64,000 bases of DNA from Lachnospiraceae bacterium (GCA_030531165.1 JAUNOI010000002.1:17552-81551), one strand, 5' to 3'; counted from the stretch's first letter, positions 19,977-30,796 are shown. Notes: generated by a model not told the origin, from the sequence alone. Numbers and translations: made by a program.

Positions 19977-21758
19977 ATGAAAAAAGAAATTATACAATTA
20001 CAACGAAAAATGGAAGAAACATCGATTGACTATTATCTCGTACCTACTTCCGATTATCATCATTCAGAATATATCAGCAGCTTTTTTAAATGCAGGGAAT
20101 ACTTATCCGGTTTTACCGGTTCTGCAGGCACGCTGCTTGTCAGCAGACAGGAAGCCTGGCTGTGGACAGACGGCCGTTATTATATACAGGCAGAACAGGA
20201 ATTAGAAGGAACCGGCATCGTACTTATGAAAGACGGGATGACCGATGTTCCAACTATTTCTGACTTTCTAAAGCACAATATGAAAAGCGGCCAGGTCCTT
20301 GGTTTTGATGGCAGACTTTATACAGCCGGATTTATCAATGGGCTGCAGCGAAAACTGTCTGCCCAAAAAATACATTTTATATACGAATGCGATCTTGTCA
20401 ACGAAATCTGGAGCAATCGCCCTGCCATCAGTGCAGAACCTATTTTTTGTTATCCGGAAGCATATGCCGGAACTTCTATCTCCGAAAAGATTTCTGCTTA
20501 TCGTGAATACTTAAGAAAATACCACGCACAATGCCAGCTGATCAATAGTTTAACGGATATCGCCTGGCTGTTTAATCTGCGCGGCCATGATGTGGCATGT
20601 ACGCCTGTATTTTTAGCATATGCCTATGTTTCAATCGAAGAAGTGATTTTATTTGTACAGGAGAGCGCTCTGACAGTTGATACCAGGGCGTATCTGGAGA
20701 AAAATAATATTAAAATCCAAAATTATGATACCTTTTATGAATTTATTAAACAGATTGAACATACTCGTATGTTAGTTGACTATTCTGATTTAAATTATTG
20801 CTGTTATCGGTTTTTATCAAAGACAAATACTCTGCTTCGGGCATCCAAATACACGACCATGGCAAAAATCATAAAAAACGATACAGAGATTGCCGGGACA
20901 CGCGCCTGTCACCTACGTGACGGCATTTATATGACAAAATTTATGTACTGGCTCAAAAATTCAATAAAAGACAGGAATCTATCAGAATTAGAAGCCGCAT
21001 CCTATATTGACCAACTGCGCCTGGCTGATGACCTGGCACTTGATTTAAGCTTTGAAACCATTTCCGCTTATGGACAAAATGCAGCGATCGTGCATTACAG
21101 TCCGTCTGCAGAATCAAATGCTAAAATTGAACCAAAAGGAATGCTTTTAGTAGATTCCGGAGGACAGTATCTGGATGGAACGACAGATATTACAAGAACC
21201 TTTATTCTTGGTCCGATCACAGATGAAGAGCGGTTATGCTACACAACAACCTGCCGTTCGATGCTTCATCTCGCAAACGCAAAATTTCTGACAGGCTGCC
21301 GCGGCAGCAATCTGGACTGCCTTGCAAGAGAGCCTATGTGGGAACTCGGCATCGATTTTCGACATGGGACTGGACATGGTGTTGGGCATATGTTAAGCGT
21401 GCACGAAGGACCAAATAACTTTCGCTTCCGCGTCAATGCCGGCAATTTAGACGCTGTACTGCTCCCGGGCATGATAACAACGGATGAACCGGGCATTTAT
21501 GAGACCGGAAAATTCGGTATTCGCATTGAAAATGAATTGCTTTGCAGAAAATGGAAAAGAAACCAATACGGCCAGTTCTTAACATTCGAATATCTGACTT
21601 ATGCGCCGATCGATTTAGATGGTATCGATTCTGATCTCATGAATGAGCAGGAAAAAAGCTGGTTAAATGACTATCATAAAAAAGTTTATGAGCTGATCTC
21701 CCCTCATTTAAATGAGGAAGAACGCGCATGGCTGAAGATATATACAAGAAGCATATAA
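19977..21758 (+). CDS. Xaa-Pro aminopeptidase (aminopeptidase P, M24B)
   Basis: SGFTGSAG, WTDGRY, DSGGQY.DGTTDITRT, HGTGHGVG..L.VHEGP, EPG.Y, GIRIEN. Confidence 0.93.
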   Translation: MKKEIIQLQRKMEETSIDYYLVPTSDYHHSEYISSFFKCREYLSGFTGSAGTLLVSRQEAWLWTDGRYYIQAEQELEGTGIVLMKDGMTDVPTISDFLKHNMKSGQVLGFDGRLYTAGFINGLQRKLSAQKIHFIYECDLVNEIWSNRPAISAEPIFCYPEAYAGTSISEKISAYREYLRKYHAQCQLINSLTDIAWLFNLRGHDVACTPVFLAYAYVSIEEVILFVQESALTVDTRAYLEKNNIKIQNYDTFYEFIKQIEHTRMLVDYSDLNYCCYRFLSKTNTLLRASKYTTMAKIIKNDTEIAGTRACHLRDGIYMTKFMYWLKNSIKDRNLSELEAASYIDQLRLADDLALDLSFETISAYGQNAAIVHYSPSAESNAKIEPKGMLLVDSGGQYLDGTTDITRTFILGPITDEERLCYTTTCRSMLHLANAKFLTGCRGSNLDCLAREPMWELGIDFRHGTGHGVGHMLSVHEGPNNFRFRVNAGNLDAVLLPGMITTDEPGIYETGKFGIRIENELLCRKWKRNQYGQFLTFEYLTYAPIDLDGIDSDLMNEQEKSWLNDYHKKVYELISPHLNEEERAWLKIYTRSI

Positions 21759-21770
21759 AATTGGTATATA

Positions 21771-21818
21771 AAAACTTCTCCTTATCATTCTATATAAAAG
21801 AATATAAGGAGAAGTTTT
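21771..21818. terminator. Bidirectional terminator
   Basis: AAAACTTCTCCTTAT...ATAAGGAGAAGTTTT. Confidence 0.85.
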
Positions 21819-22658
21819 TTAGTCTTCTGTATTTGCCTTAAACCATTTGTTATACAACTCCTGGTAACTTCCAGCCAACTCAATCTGTTTCATACCTACA
21901 TTAAATTCATCGATGTATCGAAACTCTTTTGTGCACATAATTCCATAATTGGATTGTTCTTCATTCAGATTCGTTTCTACGATTTCGATGTTCGTATCAG
22001 GATGATGGTTCAAGTAATAATCCACTCCCGTTGCATCAAAAATAGTCGCTTGAATGTTACCTTTTTCCAGTTCTTTAAATACCTTCGTTGTATTGTTATA
22101 ATTTTTAATCTTATTATTAAATTTTTTCAGATATTTTTGTAAGTATTCATCAGCAGCAGTTCCCTTTTCTACTCCGAGTTTCATATGAACAATATCTTTT
22201 CTTGATTCCGCTTCCACATCCTTATTCTTCACTAACGTCAAAGAATTTGAAAAATAGGAATCGGTAAATTTGAACTTCTCCAGACGCTCATCTGTAATCG
22301 AAATGCCGCTGATCGCACAGTCGATCTGTCCTTTTTCCAAATCCGATTCAAGATCCTTCATCTGCTCAACAACCAATACATAATCAAATCCAAGATATTC
22401 ACTGACCGCATCCAGGTAGTCGATATCGAATCCTTCCATCTCACCGGTTTTTTCGTCTTTATAAGTAAATGGAGCAAAATCCGGTGATACACCAACTTTC
22501 AGGGTGATACCTTTCATGGAATCTTTTGTATGAACCGCAGTAATTTCTTCTTTTTTCTGTTCATTTTCCGTATCTGAACTTTTCTTTAATGGATTCGTAC
22601 AGCCGGCAAAACAAAAAACAACGCTTAATGTTAATAACAATGTAATAATTCTCTTCAT
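21819..22658 (-). CDS. Polar amino-acid ABC substrate-binding lipoprotein (SBP family 3), orphan
   Basis: Lipobox FAGC; PDFAPF, GFDID, ISITDER..FTDSY. Confidence 0.85.
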   Translation of the reverse strand: MKRIITLLLTLSVVFCFAGCTNPLKKSSDTENEQKKEEITAVHTKDSMKGITLKVGVSPDFAPFTYKDEKTGEMEGFDIDYLDAVSEYLGFDYVLVVEQMKDLESDLEKGQIDCAISGISITDERLEKFKFTDSYFSNSLTLVKNKDVEAESRKDIVHMKLGVEKGTAADEYLQKYLKKFNNKIKNYNNTTKVFKELEKGNIQATIFDATGVDYYLNHHPDTNIEIVETNLNEEQSNYGIMCTKEFRYIDEFNVGMKQIELAGSYQELYNKWFKANTED

Positions 22659-22748
22659 CTTTCATTTCTCCTATCATATTTGAGTCTTTATTATATCACA
22701 ATTAAATTCGAAGAAAAAGTTTTTACCAGTATTTGCTTTATGAAAAAA

Positions 22749-22777
22749 GTATAAATTCTTCCCAAATGGCACATTCT
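22749..22777 (+). promoter_or_regulatory. Putative sigma-F/G-type promoter of sigG
   Basis: GTATA-14-GGCACATTCT resembles the forespore sigma consensus. Confidence 0.5.
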
Positions 22778-22807
22778 TTTATTAAAGATTTTTCGGGAGG
22801 TAACGAT

Positions 22808-23584
22808 ATGGCTTTAAACAAAGTAGAAATCTGCGGGGTAAACACTTCCAAACTTCCCCTGTTAAATGAACAGGAAAAAGAAGAATTATTTGAAAAAATT
22901 GAGCAGGGAGACCAACAGGCTCGCGAAAAATATATTAATGGTAATCTTCGCCTTGTCTTAAGCGTCATACAGCGTTTTGGAAATAGTAGCGAAAATGCGG
23001 ATGATCTTTTTCAAGTCGGATGCATCGGCCTGATGAAAGCAATTGATAATTTTGACCGGAGTTTAAATGTAAAATTTTCAACCTATGCCGTTCCAATGAT
23101 CGTCGGTGAAGTCCGGAGATATTTAAGGGATAACAATTCCATCCGTGTCAGTCGTTCTTTACGGGATATTGCCTATAAAGCGATTTCCGCAAAGGAACAT
23201 TTGTTAAAAACAACGAATAAAGAACCGACGATTGATGAAATTGCTAAGGAAATCGATATAGAAAAAGAACAGGTATTATTTGCACTGGACGCAATTGCCA
23301 GTCCGGTATCGCTTTACGAACCCCTTTATCAAGAAGGAGGAGACACGTTGTATCTAATGGATCAGGTTGGCGATAAAAAGAACACAGAAGAATCATGGGT
23401 AGAGAATATTTCTTTAAGAGAAGCGATGAAACATCTTTCCGAACGGGAAAAAAGAATCATTGACCTGCGTTTTTTTCGCGGCAAGACCCAAACTGAAGTG
23501 GCTGAAGAAATCAGCATCAGTCAGGCTCAGGTCAGCCGTTTAGAAAAAAATGCATTAAGGTCGATGAAACATTATCTAACTTAG
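22808..23584 (+). CDS. sigG: RNA polymerase sporulation sigma factor SigG
   Basis: NKVEICGVNTSKLPLL N-terminus, DDLFQVGCIGLMKAIDNFD, ISQAQVSRLEK; GGGAGG SD. Confidence 0.96.
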   Translation: MALNKVEICGVNTSKLPLLNEQEKEELFEKIEQGDQQAREKYINGNLRLVLSVIQRFGNSSENADDLFQVGCIGLMKAIDNFDRSLNVKFSTYAVPMIVGEVRRYLRDNNSIRVSRSLRDIAYKAISAKEHLLKTTNKEPTIDEIAKEIDIEKEQVLFALDAIASPVSLYEPLYQEGGDTLYLMDQVGDKKNTEESWVENISLREAMKHLSEREKRIIDLRFFRGKTQTEVAEEISISQAQVSRLEKNALRSMKHYLT

Positions 23585-23625
23585 AGCGTGTTTGAAAATT
23601 TTGGGTATGAATATCCAAATATGTA

Positions 23626-24321
23626 CTAACACAGTTTCAACATCTCGTTTCTTAAGCGTCTTATGATCTTCTTTTCTAATCTTGATATATAAGACTGGGA
23701 AATGCCTAACAGATCCGCAACTTCTTTTTGGGTCATTTCCCTTCCTTCTTTTTGATTGATTCCGAATCTCAATTCAATAATCGTCTTTTCTCGTTCTGTT
23801 AAAATTTCCATGGCCTTTTGCAGCAATGTCCGATCCACTTCGTTTTCCAGGTTACGATAAATGATATCTTCATCTGTTCCTAAAATATCCGAAAGCAAAA
23901 GCTCATTCCCGTCCCAGTCTACATTTAGCGGTTCATCAATTGATACTTCCATGCGCACTTTATTATTTCTCCTTAAGTACATCAAAATTTCATTCTCAAT
24001 GCAACGGGATGCATAGGTAGCAAGTTTGATCTTGCGTTCCGGATTGAAAGTATTAATTGCCTTGATCAGTCCAATCGTGCCGATAGAAATCAGATCTTCA
24101 ACACCAATTCCCGTATTATCAAATTTTTTTGCGATATATACGACCAAACGCAGATTTCGCTCGATTAAAATTGCCTTTGCGCTTCCATCATCGTCGCTGC
24201 TCAGATTATGTATTATTTCTTCTTCCTGAATCGCATCGAGCGGAGTAGGTAATATTTCTGATCCCCCAATATAATGAATTTCTCCTTTTTTTCCCTGCTT
24301 CATTTTAAATTTCAGCATCAT
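23626..24321 (-). CDS. sigE: Pro-sigma-E, mother-cell sporulation sigma factor
   Basis: [50 protein letters not shown]; GGGAGG SD. Confidence 0.96.
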   Translation of the reverse strand: MMLKFKMKQGKKGEIHYIGGSEILPTPLDAIQEEEIIHNLSSDDDGSAKAILIERNLRLVVYIAKKFDNTGIGVEDLISIGTIGLIKAINTFNPERKIKLATYASRCIENEILMYLRRNNKVRMEVSIDEPLNVDWDGNELLLSDILGTDEDIIYRNLENEVDRTLLQKAMEILTEREKTIIELRFGINQKEGREMTQKEVADLLGISQSYISRLEKKIIRRLRNEMLKLC

Positions 24322-24325
24322 ATTA

Positions 24326-25051
24326 TCATTTCCTCCCATTAAAAATATCCTTGTGAAGAATCATCTGATAGTCATTGCTGCCCGACAAATTTTGCTCGAC
24401 AATTCCAATATAAGGATTTTTAATTTCTATATTTTTTTCTAAAATAATAAATGAATCAATTGATGCCGCTAGCAGCAATCCTTCTTTGTTTCCTACAGAT
24501 GAAAAAGATACGATCCGTGGATTTTCTACGCTATTCCAGTCAAAAATCGGCTTTATCGCTTCATAAAAAACCAGGGATACCATCTCTCCTTCAGAAAGGC
24601 ATAAGCTGTTACCCGTGTCATATAAAGCTTTTATTTTCACCCTTTTTCCTCTATTCAGGCAATATACTGTATAGATATTTGATTTTGGGATATACTTTAT
24701 ATAAAGCATGATTGCCGTAATCCCAACAATAGCGATGGCAGATCCAATTCCCGGTTCGAGCATCCAGAATCCATTCGCCATTACTGATATCATAAATAGC
24801 GCAAGGCATAATTTTTTGCTGCGGCTAATGATATAAATCATTAGCCATTCAATCATAAAAAGAACTGCCCGCATGTGAATCCAGCGAAAGAGAATGAAGG
24901 CATCCATACTCAATACCAGTACAAAAGCGCAAATTTTCCATTTTGATAAATGATAATTTACAATATTCGCTGAAATAAATATTAAATATCCATTCCACAG
25001 TACTTGAAAGATAAAAAAGAGATCTCCATAAATATAAATTGACTGATCCAT
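24326..25051 (-). CDS. spoIIGA: Sigma-E processing peptidase SpoIIGA
   Basis: N-terminal TM helices, IY.D, aspartic-protease motif DTGN.L; directly upstream of sigE. Confidence 0.85.
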   Translation of the reverse strand: MDQSIYIYGDLFFIFQVLWNGYLIFISANIVNYHLSKWKICAFVLVLSMDAFILFRWIHMRAVLFMIEWLMIYIISRSKKLCLALFMISVMANGFWMLEPGIGSAIAIVGITAIMLYIKYIPKSNIYTVYCLNRGKRVKIKALYDTGNSLCLSEGEMVSLVFYEAIKPIFDWNSVENPRIVSFSSVGNKEGLLLAASIDSFIILEKNIEIKNPYIGIVEQNLSGSNDYQMILHKDIFNGRK

Positions 25052-25080
25052 CTTTTTTCCTCATTCATTATTTCGCTTTC

Positions 25081-25140
25081 ATTATAAAAAAAAATATGTA
25101 CATTCTTTGTCACAACATGTGTGAAAAAAATGTACATATT
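25081..25140 (-). terminator. ftsZ terminator overlapping the putative spoIIG promoter
   Basis: ATATGTACATT...AATGTACATAT stem plus T9; TATAAT at 25081-86. Confidence 0.6.
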
Positions 25141-25175
25141 CTTAATTATTCATTATAATCGACGATTCTTCGATT

Positions 25176-26330
25176 CTATCTCCTACGATTCTTTAAAAAG
25201 TCAGGAATTACGATCATCTCGTCATCATAAGTTGCATTCTGAAAACGCTTTGGCTCTTGCTGAGGGGCCTGCTGCTGAGTTGTTGTCTCACGTCCACCAA
25301 CAGGTTGTCCGCTGTATGATGGCTCCGGAGCAGTCTCCTGAACAGGCTGCTGTTTTGGAGGTGCCGGATTTTCTTTGCCACGGATTCCTGTTGCAATGAT
25401 CGTAATACTGATCTGTTCATCAGGAATATCACTCTCTACATTACCAAAGATAATATTCGCACCATCACCAGCAACTTCTGTCAGATAAGAAATTGCATCG
25501 TATACTTCCTGAATACCAACATCACCGGAGAAGTTAACAATAATATCCGTTGCACCACTTACGGTTGTCTCCAACAACGGACTTTCCATAGCAGATTTCA
25601 CTGCCTGGATCGCTCTGTCATCTCCATCCAAATCTGCAACACCGATACCAATGTGCGCGATACCCTTGTCTCTCATTACTGTCTGAACATCCGCAAAATC
25701 CAGATTGATCAAACCCGGTTTATAGATCAGGTCTGTGATACCCTGAACACCCTGCTGAAGTACTTCATCCGCTTTCTTCAATGCAGCCGGAATGGATGTT
25801 TTCTTGTCACAGATCTGAAGAAGTTTATCATTAGGAATAATGATCAATGTATCAACATTCTCCTTTAAGCGTTCGATTCCTGTCGTCGCATTGTTCATAC
25901 GAGGTCTGCCTTCAAACATAAAAGGCTTTGTCACAACGCCTACGGTAAGAATACCCATGCTTTTTGTAATTTCTGCGACAACTGGAGCCGCACCGGTACC
26001 GGTACCGCCTCCCATACCACAAGTAACGAATACCATATCAGCATCTTTTACCAGTTCCGTAATCTCTTCACGATTTTCTTCGATTGCCTGCTGGCCGATC
26101 TCCGGTTTTGCGCCTGCACCGAGTCCTTTTGTCAGCTTTTCACCAATCTGAACTTTTGTAGCAGCCTTACATGAACTCAAAGCCTGCTTATCTGTATTAA
26201 TTCCTACTAATTCAACGCCTTGGATATTTTCATCAATCATGCGGTTAACAGCGTTATTGCCTGCACCGCCAACACCGATTACTAAAATTTTTGCTTGTGT
26301 TCTATCTTCATTTGGCATAATTTCAACCAC
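25176..26330 (-). CDS. ftsZ: Cell division protein FtsZ (GTG start)
   Basis: [35 protein letters not shown]-terminal IPDFL; AGGAGG SD. Confidence 0.97.
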   Translation of the reverse strand: MVEIMPNEDRTQAKILVIGVGGAGNNAVNRMIDENIQGVELVGINTDKQALSSCKAATKVQIGEKLTKGLGAGAKPEIGQQAIEENREEITELVKDADMVFVTCGMGGGTGTGAAPVVAEITKSMGILTVGVVTKPFMFEGRPRMNNATTGIERLKENVDTLIIIPNDKLLQICDKKTSIPAALKKADEVLQQGVQGITDLIYKPGLINLDFADVQTVMRDKGIAHIGIGVADLDGDDRAIQAVKSAMESPLLETTVSGATDIIVNFSGDVGIQEVYDAISYLTEVAGDGANIIFGNVESDIPDEQISITIIATGIRGKENPAPPKQQPVQETAPEPSYSGQPVGGRETTTQQQAPQQEPKRFQNATYDDEMIVIPDFLKNRRR

Positions 26331-26411
26331 AATATTTCCTCCTAGTCTGGACCTACCCATTATTTCGATATACCTATCTATTATATTATAATATTTCGGT
26401 CGAATCCACAA

Positions 26412-27209
26412 CTATTTTTTTGAACGAAATGTTATAATTTTACTATTTTTTGTATACTGATCCATATAAATGGTTCCACTTTTTCCTTTCAAACTATGAA
26501 ATACTCCGGACAATACACTCAATTTTGCATCCAGATCATTGCCGGTGCCAAGATTTACCTGTAGTTTATCTTTCTTTAGCAGAATATCTCCATCCTCTTT
26601 AAATTGAATCTCATCAATCGTCAATTCATTTTTTGTAATTAATGTCGTTATTTTAATTATTTTACTAAAATACTTTTTCTTCTTTACCGGTAGTTTCTCA
26701 TAAATCGTAATATTATCATAAGATAAACCTGTAACCAGCGGAACATCATCTAACCGCTTATCCATAACTTCCAACGCATACCCGTCCTTATCAAAATAAA
26801 CATATTTGCCGGCATAAGAAATGCATCCCGCCCGGAGATTTTCATACACACGAATCGTCACCGTATCTATATCCACAATGCGGACATCAATTCTGTCTAC
26901 AAACGGCATCGTTTTAATCGGAAGCAGTTTATTGCGAAGTTTTAAAAAGACCGTATTGGGAATATAGAAATCCGATTTGACAGCAGATTTTATCTCCGCC
27001 TCCGTGTAATATTTCGTTCCTTCTACATTTATATTCTTGATCGGACAGACAACTATAATCAATGCGATACAAAAAAGGAAGAAAAGAAAGATTCCTAATA
27101 TCACTTTTTTAATCGACAGACTTTTCTTCTCTGAATCATCTTTTTCTTTTCTTTTTGTCTTAAATTGGATAATATTATCCTCTTTCTTGTTCTCTGTACT
27201 CTTCATCAT
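26412..27209 (-). CDS. divIB: Cell division protein FtsQ/DivIB
   Basis: Basic N-terminus, one TM helix, POTRA-like I.VEG..YY; position between ftsW and ftsZ. Confidence 0.75.
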   Translation of the reverse strand: MMKSTENKKEDNIIQFKTKRKEKDDSEKKSLSIKKVILGIFLFFLFCIALIIVVCPIKNINVEGTKYYTEAEIKSAVKSDFYIPNTVFLKLRNKLLPIKTMPFVDRIDVRIVDIDTVTIRVYENLRAGCISYAGKYVYFDKDGYALEVMDKRLDDVPLVTGLSYDNITIYEKLPVKKKKYFSKIIKITTLITKNELTIDEIQFKEDGDILLKKDKLQVNLGTGNDLDAKLSVLSGVFHSLKGKSGTIYMDQYTKNSKIITFRSKK

Positions 27210-27224
27210 CTTTCACCCTGCTAT

Positions 27225-28322
27225 CTATACTTTAATCTGTCTGGATATAGAAAGTACCAATCCCATTTCCATTAGAAGTGCCATTAAAGATGAGCCTCCA
27301 TAGCTAATAAATGGAAGCGGAATTCCGGTTGGCGGCAACAGATTTGTTACTACACCGATATTAATGATCATCTGAACGCCAACATGGACTGCAACACCGA
27401 TGGCAATCAACGATCCGAATAAATCCGGGGCATTCATGGCAATAATAAGGATTCTCCAGATCAGCAGCACGAATGCAGCGATGACTGCAATTGCGCCAAA
27501 TAATCCCAATTCCTCACAGACAATGGAAAAAATCATGTCGTTATGAGATTCCGGAATAAACCCCATCTTCTGCATACTCTGTCCCAAGCCTTTTCCAAAA
27601 ATGCCTCCGGAACCGATCGCATACAACGCCTGCATCGTCTGAAGGCCTTTTTCGTGATTCTCCGGATGGAGCCAGATCTCAATTCGTTCCATTCGATATC
27701 CGGGTCCAAAATTAATGTATGCTGCACCTGCTGCAACGATTGAAAGTGCAAACGCGATCAGCTGCTTCGTACACGGACTGATAACAAATACCAGAATACC
27801 GGTAATCGCACTAAGCACGATTGCAGTACTTAAGTTTTCAACAATAACAAGGCCGATGATCGGAGCACATTTTAGGACCCATTCTATCGCATCTCGAAAT
27901 GTCCGTATCTTGTGAGAATTGACCGACAGATAATATGCAAGAAAAATGATCAGAAACACCTTTGCAAATTCAGACGGCTGCAACTGTATCCCGGCAATCG
28001 AAATCCAGCGTTTTGATCCTTTCGTAACGGCACCAAGTGCCAGCACAAGGATCAGACTTCCTGCTGAAGCTGCATAGCAGCCAATCGCAACCACCTTTTT
28101 CTTCAACATTCGGTAATCAAACATCATAATGAAAAACATCATAACGAGACTTCCCGCCGCGATCATTGCCTGCCGAAGCAGCCAATGAGTGGTATTACCA
28201 AATTTGACGGTACTTGTATAAGCGCTGGTGCTGTAGATCATTACAAGTCCGAATCCGACTAAAATGAATACAATAAATAACATCGGATAATCAAAATAAC
28301 TTTTTTGTCGTTTTTTTGCCAA
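27225..28322 (-). CDS. ftsW: SEDS peptidoglycan polymerase FtsW/SpoVE
   Basis: GSKRWI, QPSEFAK, GSGG..GKGLG, PESHNDMIFS, TGIPLPFISYGGSS. Confidence 0.92.
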   Translation of the reverse strand: MAKKRQKSYFDYPMLFIVFILVGFGLVMIYSTSAYTSTVKFGNTTHWLLRQAMIAAGSLVMMFFIMMFDYRMLKKKVVAIGCYAASAGSLILVLALGAVTKGSKRWISIAGIQLQPSEFAKVFLIIFLAYYLSVNSHKIRTFRDAIEWVLKCAPIIGLVIVENLSTAIVLSAITGILVFVISPCTKQLIAFALSIVAAGAAYINFGPGYRMERIEIWLHPENHEKGLQTMQALYAIGSGGIFGKGLGQSMQKMGFIPESHNDMIFSIVCEELGLFGAIAVIAAFVLLIWRILIIAMNAPDLFGSLIAIGVAVHVGVQMIINIGVVTNLLPPTGIPLPFISYGGSSLMALLMEMGLVLSISRQIKV

Positions 28323-28372
28323 ATTACCTCACCTCTTTTACCATAAGGCATTTCTTTCGGGCATCTTCTTCT

Positions 28373-29725
28373 CTATGCAAGCTTATGAACAAACTCTTTA
28401 AATTGATCTCCACGAACTTCATAGTTTTTAAACATTCCCCAGCTTGCACATGCTGGAGACAATAAAACAGCATCTCCTTCTTTTGCATGCTCCGCTGCAT
28501 ACTGTACTGCTTCTTCAAGAGATTCCACCATAACGATCTGATCAAATCCATGTTCTTTTGCAGTTTTTGCAATCTTCTCCGCTGTCTGACCTAATAAAAT
28601 CAGTTCTTTGACTTTACCGTCAAAGGCATCGATCCACTCATCATAAGCGGATTTCTTATCATATCCTCCACCAATCAAATAAGTCGGTCGGTTCATCGCC
28701 TGAATTCCCTTGATCGCCGCATCCGGATTTGTACCTTTGGAATCATTATAATATGCAACGCCATTAATCTCAGCAACATATTCAATTCGATGTGCAACAC
28801 CTTTGAATTTACGAATACCTTCTAAAATCGCTTCCGATTTGATTCCCATAAAGTAAGTCAAGCCAATTGCTGCCAAAATATTTTCATGGTTATGCCCGCC
28901 GAGAAGATGAATATCATCCATCGTACAGATTACCTGTTTTTCTCCGCCCCAGGCTACTACGAACTGATCTCCATCAAGATAGACACCTTGATCTAATGTT
29001 TCTAAACGGCTGAAAAAGACAGGTACAGCCTCAATCTTATCTGCCATTGCTCTTGTTGTCGCATCATCATAATTTAAGACACAAAAATGATCTTTTGTCT
29101 GATTCATGGCGATTTTCAATTTTGTATCCGCATAACACTCTACTGTTCCATGACGATCCAGATGATCCGGCGTAATATTCAATATTGCGCTGACCTTTGG
29201 ACAAAAGTCATGAATCGTTTCCAGCTGAAAACTGCTTATCTCCGCAACGATCATGCTGTCTTCCTTTGTATCTAAGGCAACATTCGTATAAGGAATACCG
29301 ATATTGCCGACAACAAATACCGAATCGCATGCACAACGCGCAATCTCTCCAACTAATGCTGTCGTTGTCGTCTTCCCATTTGTTCCTGTAATCGCTGCGA
29401 TCTCTCCTCTTGAAAAATAATACGCCAGCTCGATTTCACTCCAGACAGGAATTCCCTCTTTTGTGAACTTTTGCACAAATGGAGCATTGACAGAAATTCC
29501 CGGGCTGAGTACCATCATATCAAAACCTTTCACAGCCTCATCTGTTAATTCTCCTAATATTACCTCAACGGGTCTTCCCACTCTGTCTATAATCTCTTTT
29601 TTCTCTAGTTTGTCATTGCCATCATATAATACCGTCGTAATTCCAGATTCCATTAATAGTCTGGCAGCACCGATTCCACTGATGCCGGTTCCGGCAACCA
29701 TCACTCTTTTGCCTTTTAATTCCAT
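28373..29725 (-). CDS. murD: UDP-N-acetylmuramoyl-L-alanine--D-glutamate ligase
   Basis: GTNGKTTT, EISSFQL, DHLDRH, NDSKGTN, LSPACASW. Confidence 0.97.
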   Translation of the reverse strand: MELKGKRVMVAGTGISGIGAARLLMESGITTVLYDGNDKLEKKEIIDRVGRPVEVILGELTDEAVKGFDMMVLSPGISVNAPFVQKFTKEGIPVWSEIELAYYFSRGEIAAITGTNGKTTTTALVGEIARCACDSVFVVGNIGIPYTNVALDTKEDSMIVAEISSFQLETIHDFCPKVSAILNITPDHLDRHGTVECYADTKLKIAMNQTKDHFCVLNYDDATTRAMADKIEAVPVFFSRLETLDQGVYLDGDQFVVAWGGEKQVICTMDDIHLLGGHNHENILAAIGLTYFMGIKSEAILEGIRKFKGVAHRIEYVAEINGVAYYNDSKGTNPDAAIKGIQAMNRPTYLIGGGYDKKSAYDEWIDAFDGKVKELILLGQTAEKIAKTAKEHGFDQIVMVESLEEAVQYAAEHAKEGDAVLLSPACASWGMFKNYEVRGDQFKEFVHKLA

Positions 29726-29737
29726 CTTTCTTCTCCT

Positions 29738-30694
29738 TTAAATTGCAATAAATCCAATCATACACAATACCGTTGTTGCAATTGCAAAAATTGCTACAAC
29801 TTTTGTCTCCGGCCAGCCGGATAATTCAAAATGATGATGGATTGGAGCCATTTTAAACACACGCTTTCCGGTCGTTTTGAATGAAACAACCTGAATCATA
29901 ACGGATACTACTTCTAACAAGTAAATAAATGCAACGATCGGAATAAATAACGGCATCTGCAGGACAATGGCCGTAGATGCAACAAATCCCCCAAGTGCCA
30001 GAGAACCTGTATCGCCCATAAATACCCTTGCAGGATAAACATTAAATACAAGAAATCCCAGTAACGCTCCAACTGCTGCTCCGATCACAGGTTCAATCCC
30101 TGCATTCGTTGCAATTGCAACAACTCCGAAAAAGGTCGCAATCAAGACCGTTACACTGGATGCCAAACCATCTAATCCATCTGTAAAATTTGCTCCATTT
30201 ACCGTTCCAAGTACGATAATGAACAATGCCGGCACATATAATATGCTCATTTCTAAATACTTTCCTCCGGAAAATGGAATTAGCATCGTCGTATCCATTC
30301 CAGCAAAATTCAAAATATAAAATGCAAAGATCCCCGTCACAACGATCTGTCCAAGCATCTTCTGCCATGCACGCAGGCCGAGATTCCTTTTCATGACAAC
30401 TTTGATATAGTCATCAATGAATCCGATCAAACCGAAACCAACCGTTACAAACAATATTGGAATAATATTCGGATAATCTTTTAAATATGCAATCGAACCG
30501 ACAATAATTCCAAACAGGATGATCAGTCCTCCCATTGTTGGAGTTCCAGATTTCTTTAAATGAGATTCCGGACCCTCATCTCTGATAAACTGACCAAATT
30601 TTAACTTCTGCAAATACTTGATCACGGTTGGACTTAAAACTAAACACACAAAAAACGCTACCAAAACCGGTATTACGATATCATTTTTAATCAT
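29738..30694 (-). CDS. mraY: Phospho-N-acetylmuramoyl-pentapeptide transferase
   Basis: KSGTPTMGG, DDY.K, NFTDGLDGLA, FMGDTGSLALG, MAPIHHHFE. Confidence 0.96.
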   Translation of the reverse strand: MIKNDIVIPVLVAFFVCLVLSPTVIKYLQKLKFGQFIRDEGPESHLKKSGTPTMGGLIILFGIIVGSIAYLKDYPNIIPILFVTVGFGLIGFIDDYIKVVMKRNLGLRAWQKMLGQIVVTGIFAFYILNFAGMDTTMLIPFSGGKYLEMSILYVPALFIIVLGTVNGANFTDGLDGLASSVTVLIATFFGVVAIATNAGIEPVIGAAVGALLGFLVFNVYPARVFMGDTGSLALGGFVASTAIVLQMPLFIPIVAFIYLLEVVSVMIQVVSFKTTGKRVFKMAPIHHHFELSGWPETKVVAIFAIATTVLCMIGFIAI

Positions 30695-30796
30695 TTTTTC
30701 ACCTCTTTTGTTTTTTACAAATGCACAATTCATATTGATATGTACAATATTATATTACCCTTAACTATATGATTATATAGTTTTTTGCTCATAGAA

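Noticed and set aside
19841-20029. 62-aa ORF between gntR and the aminopeptidase
   Set aside because: Spans divergent promoters and operators, no SD, low-complexity translation
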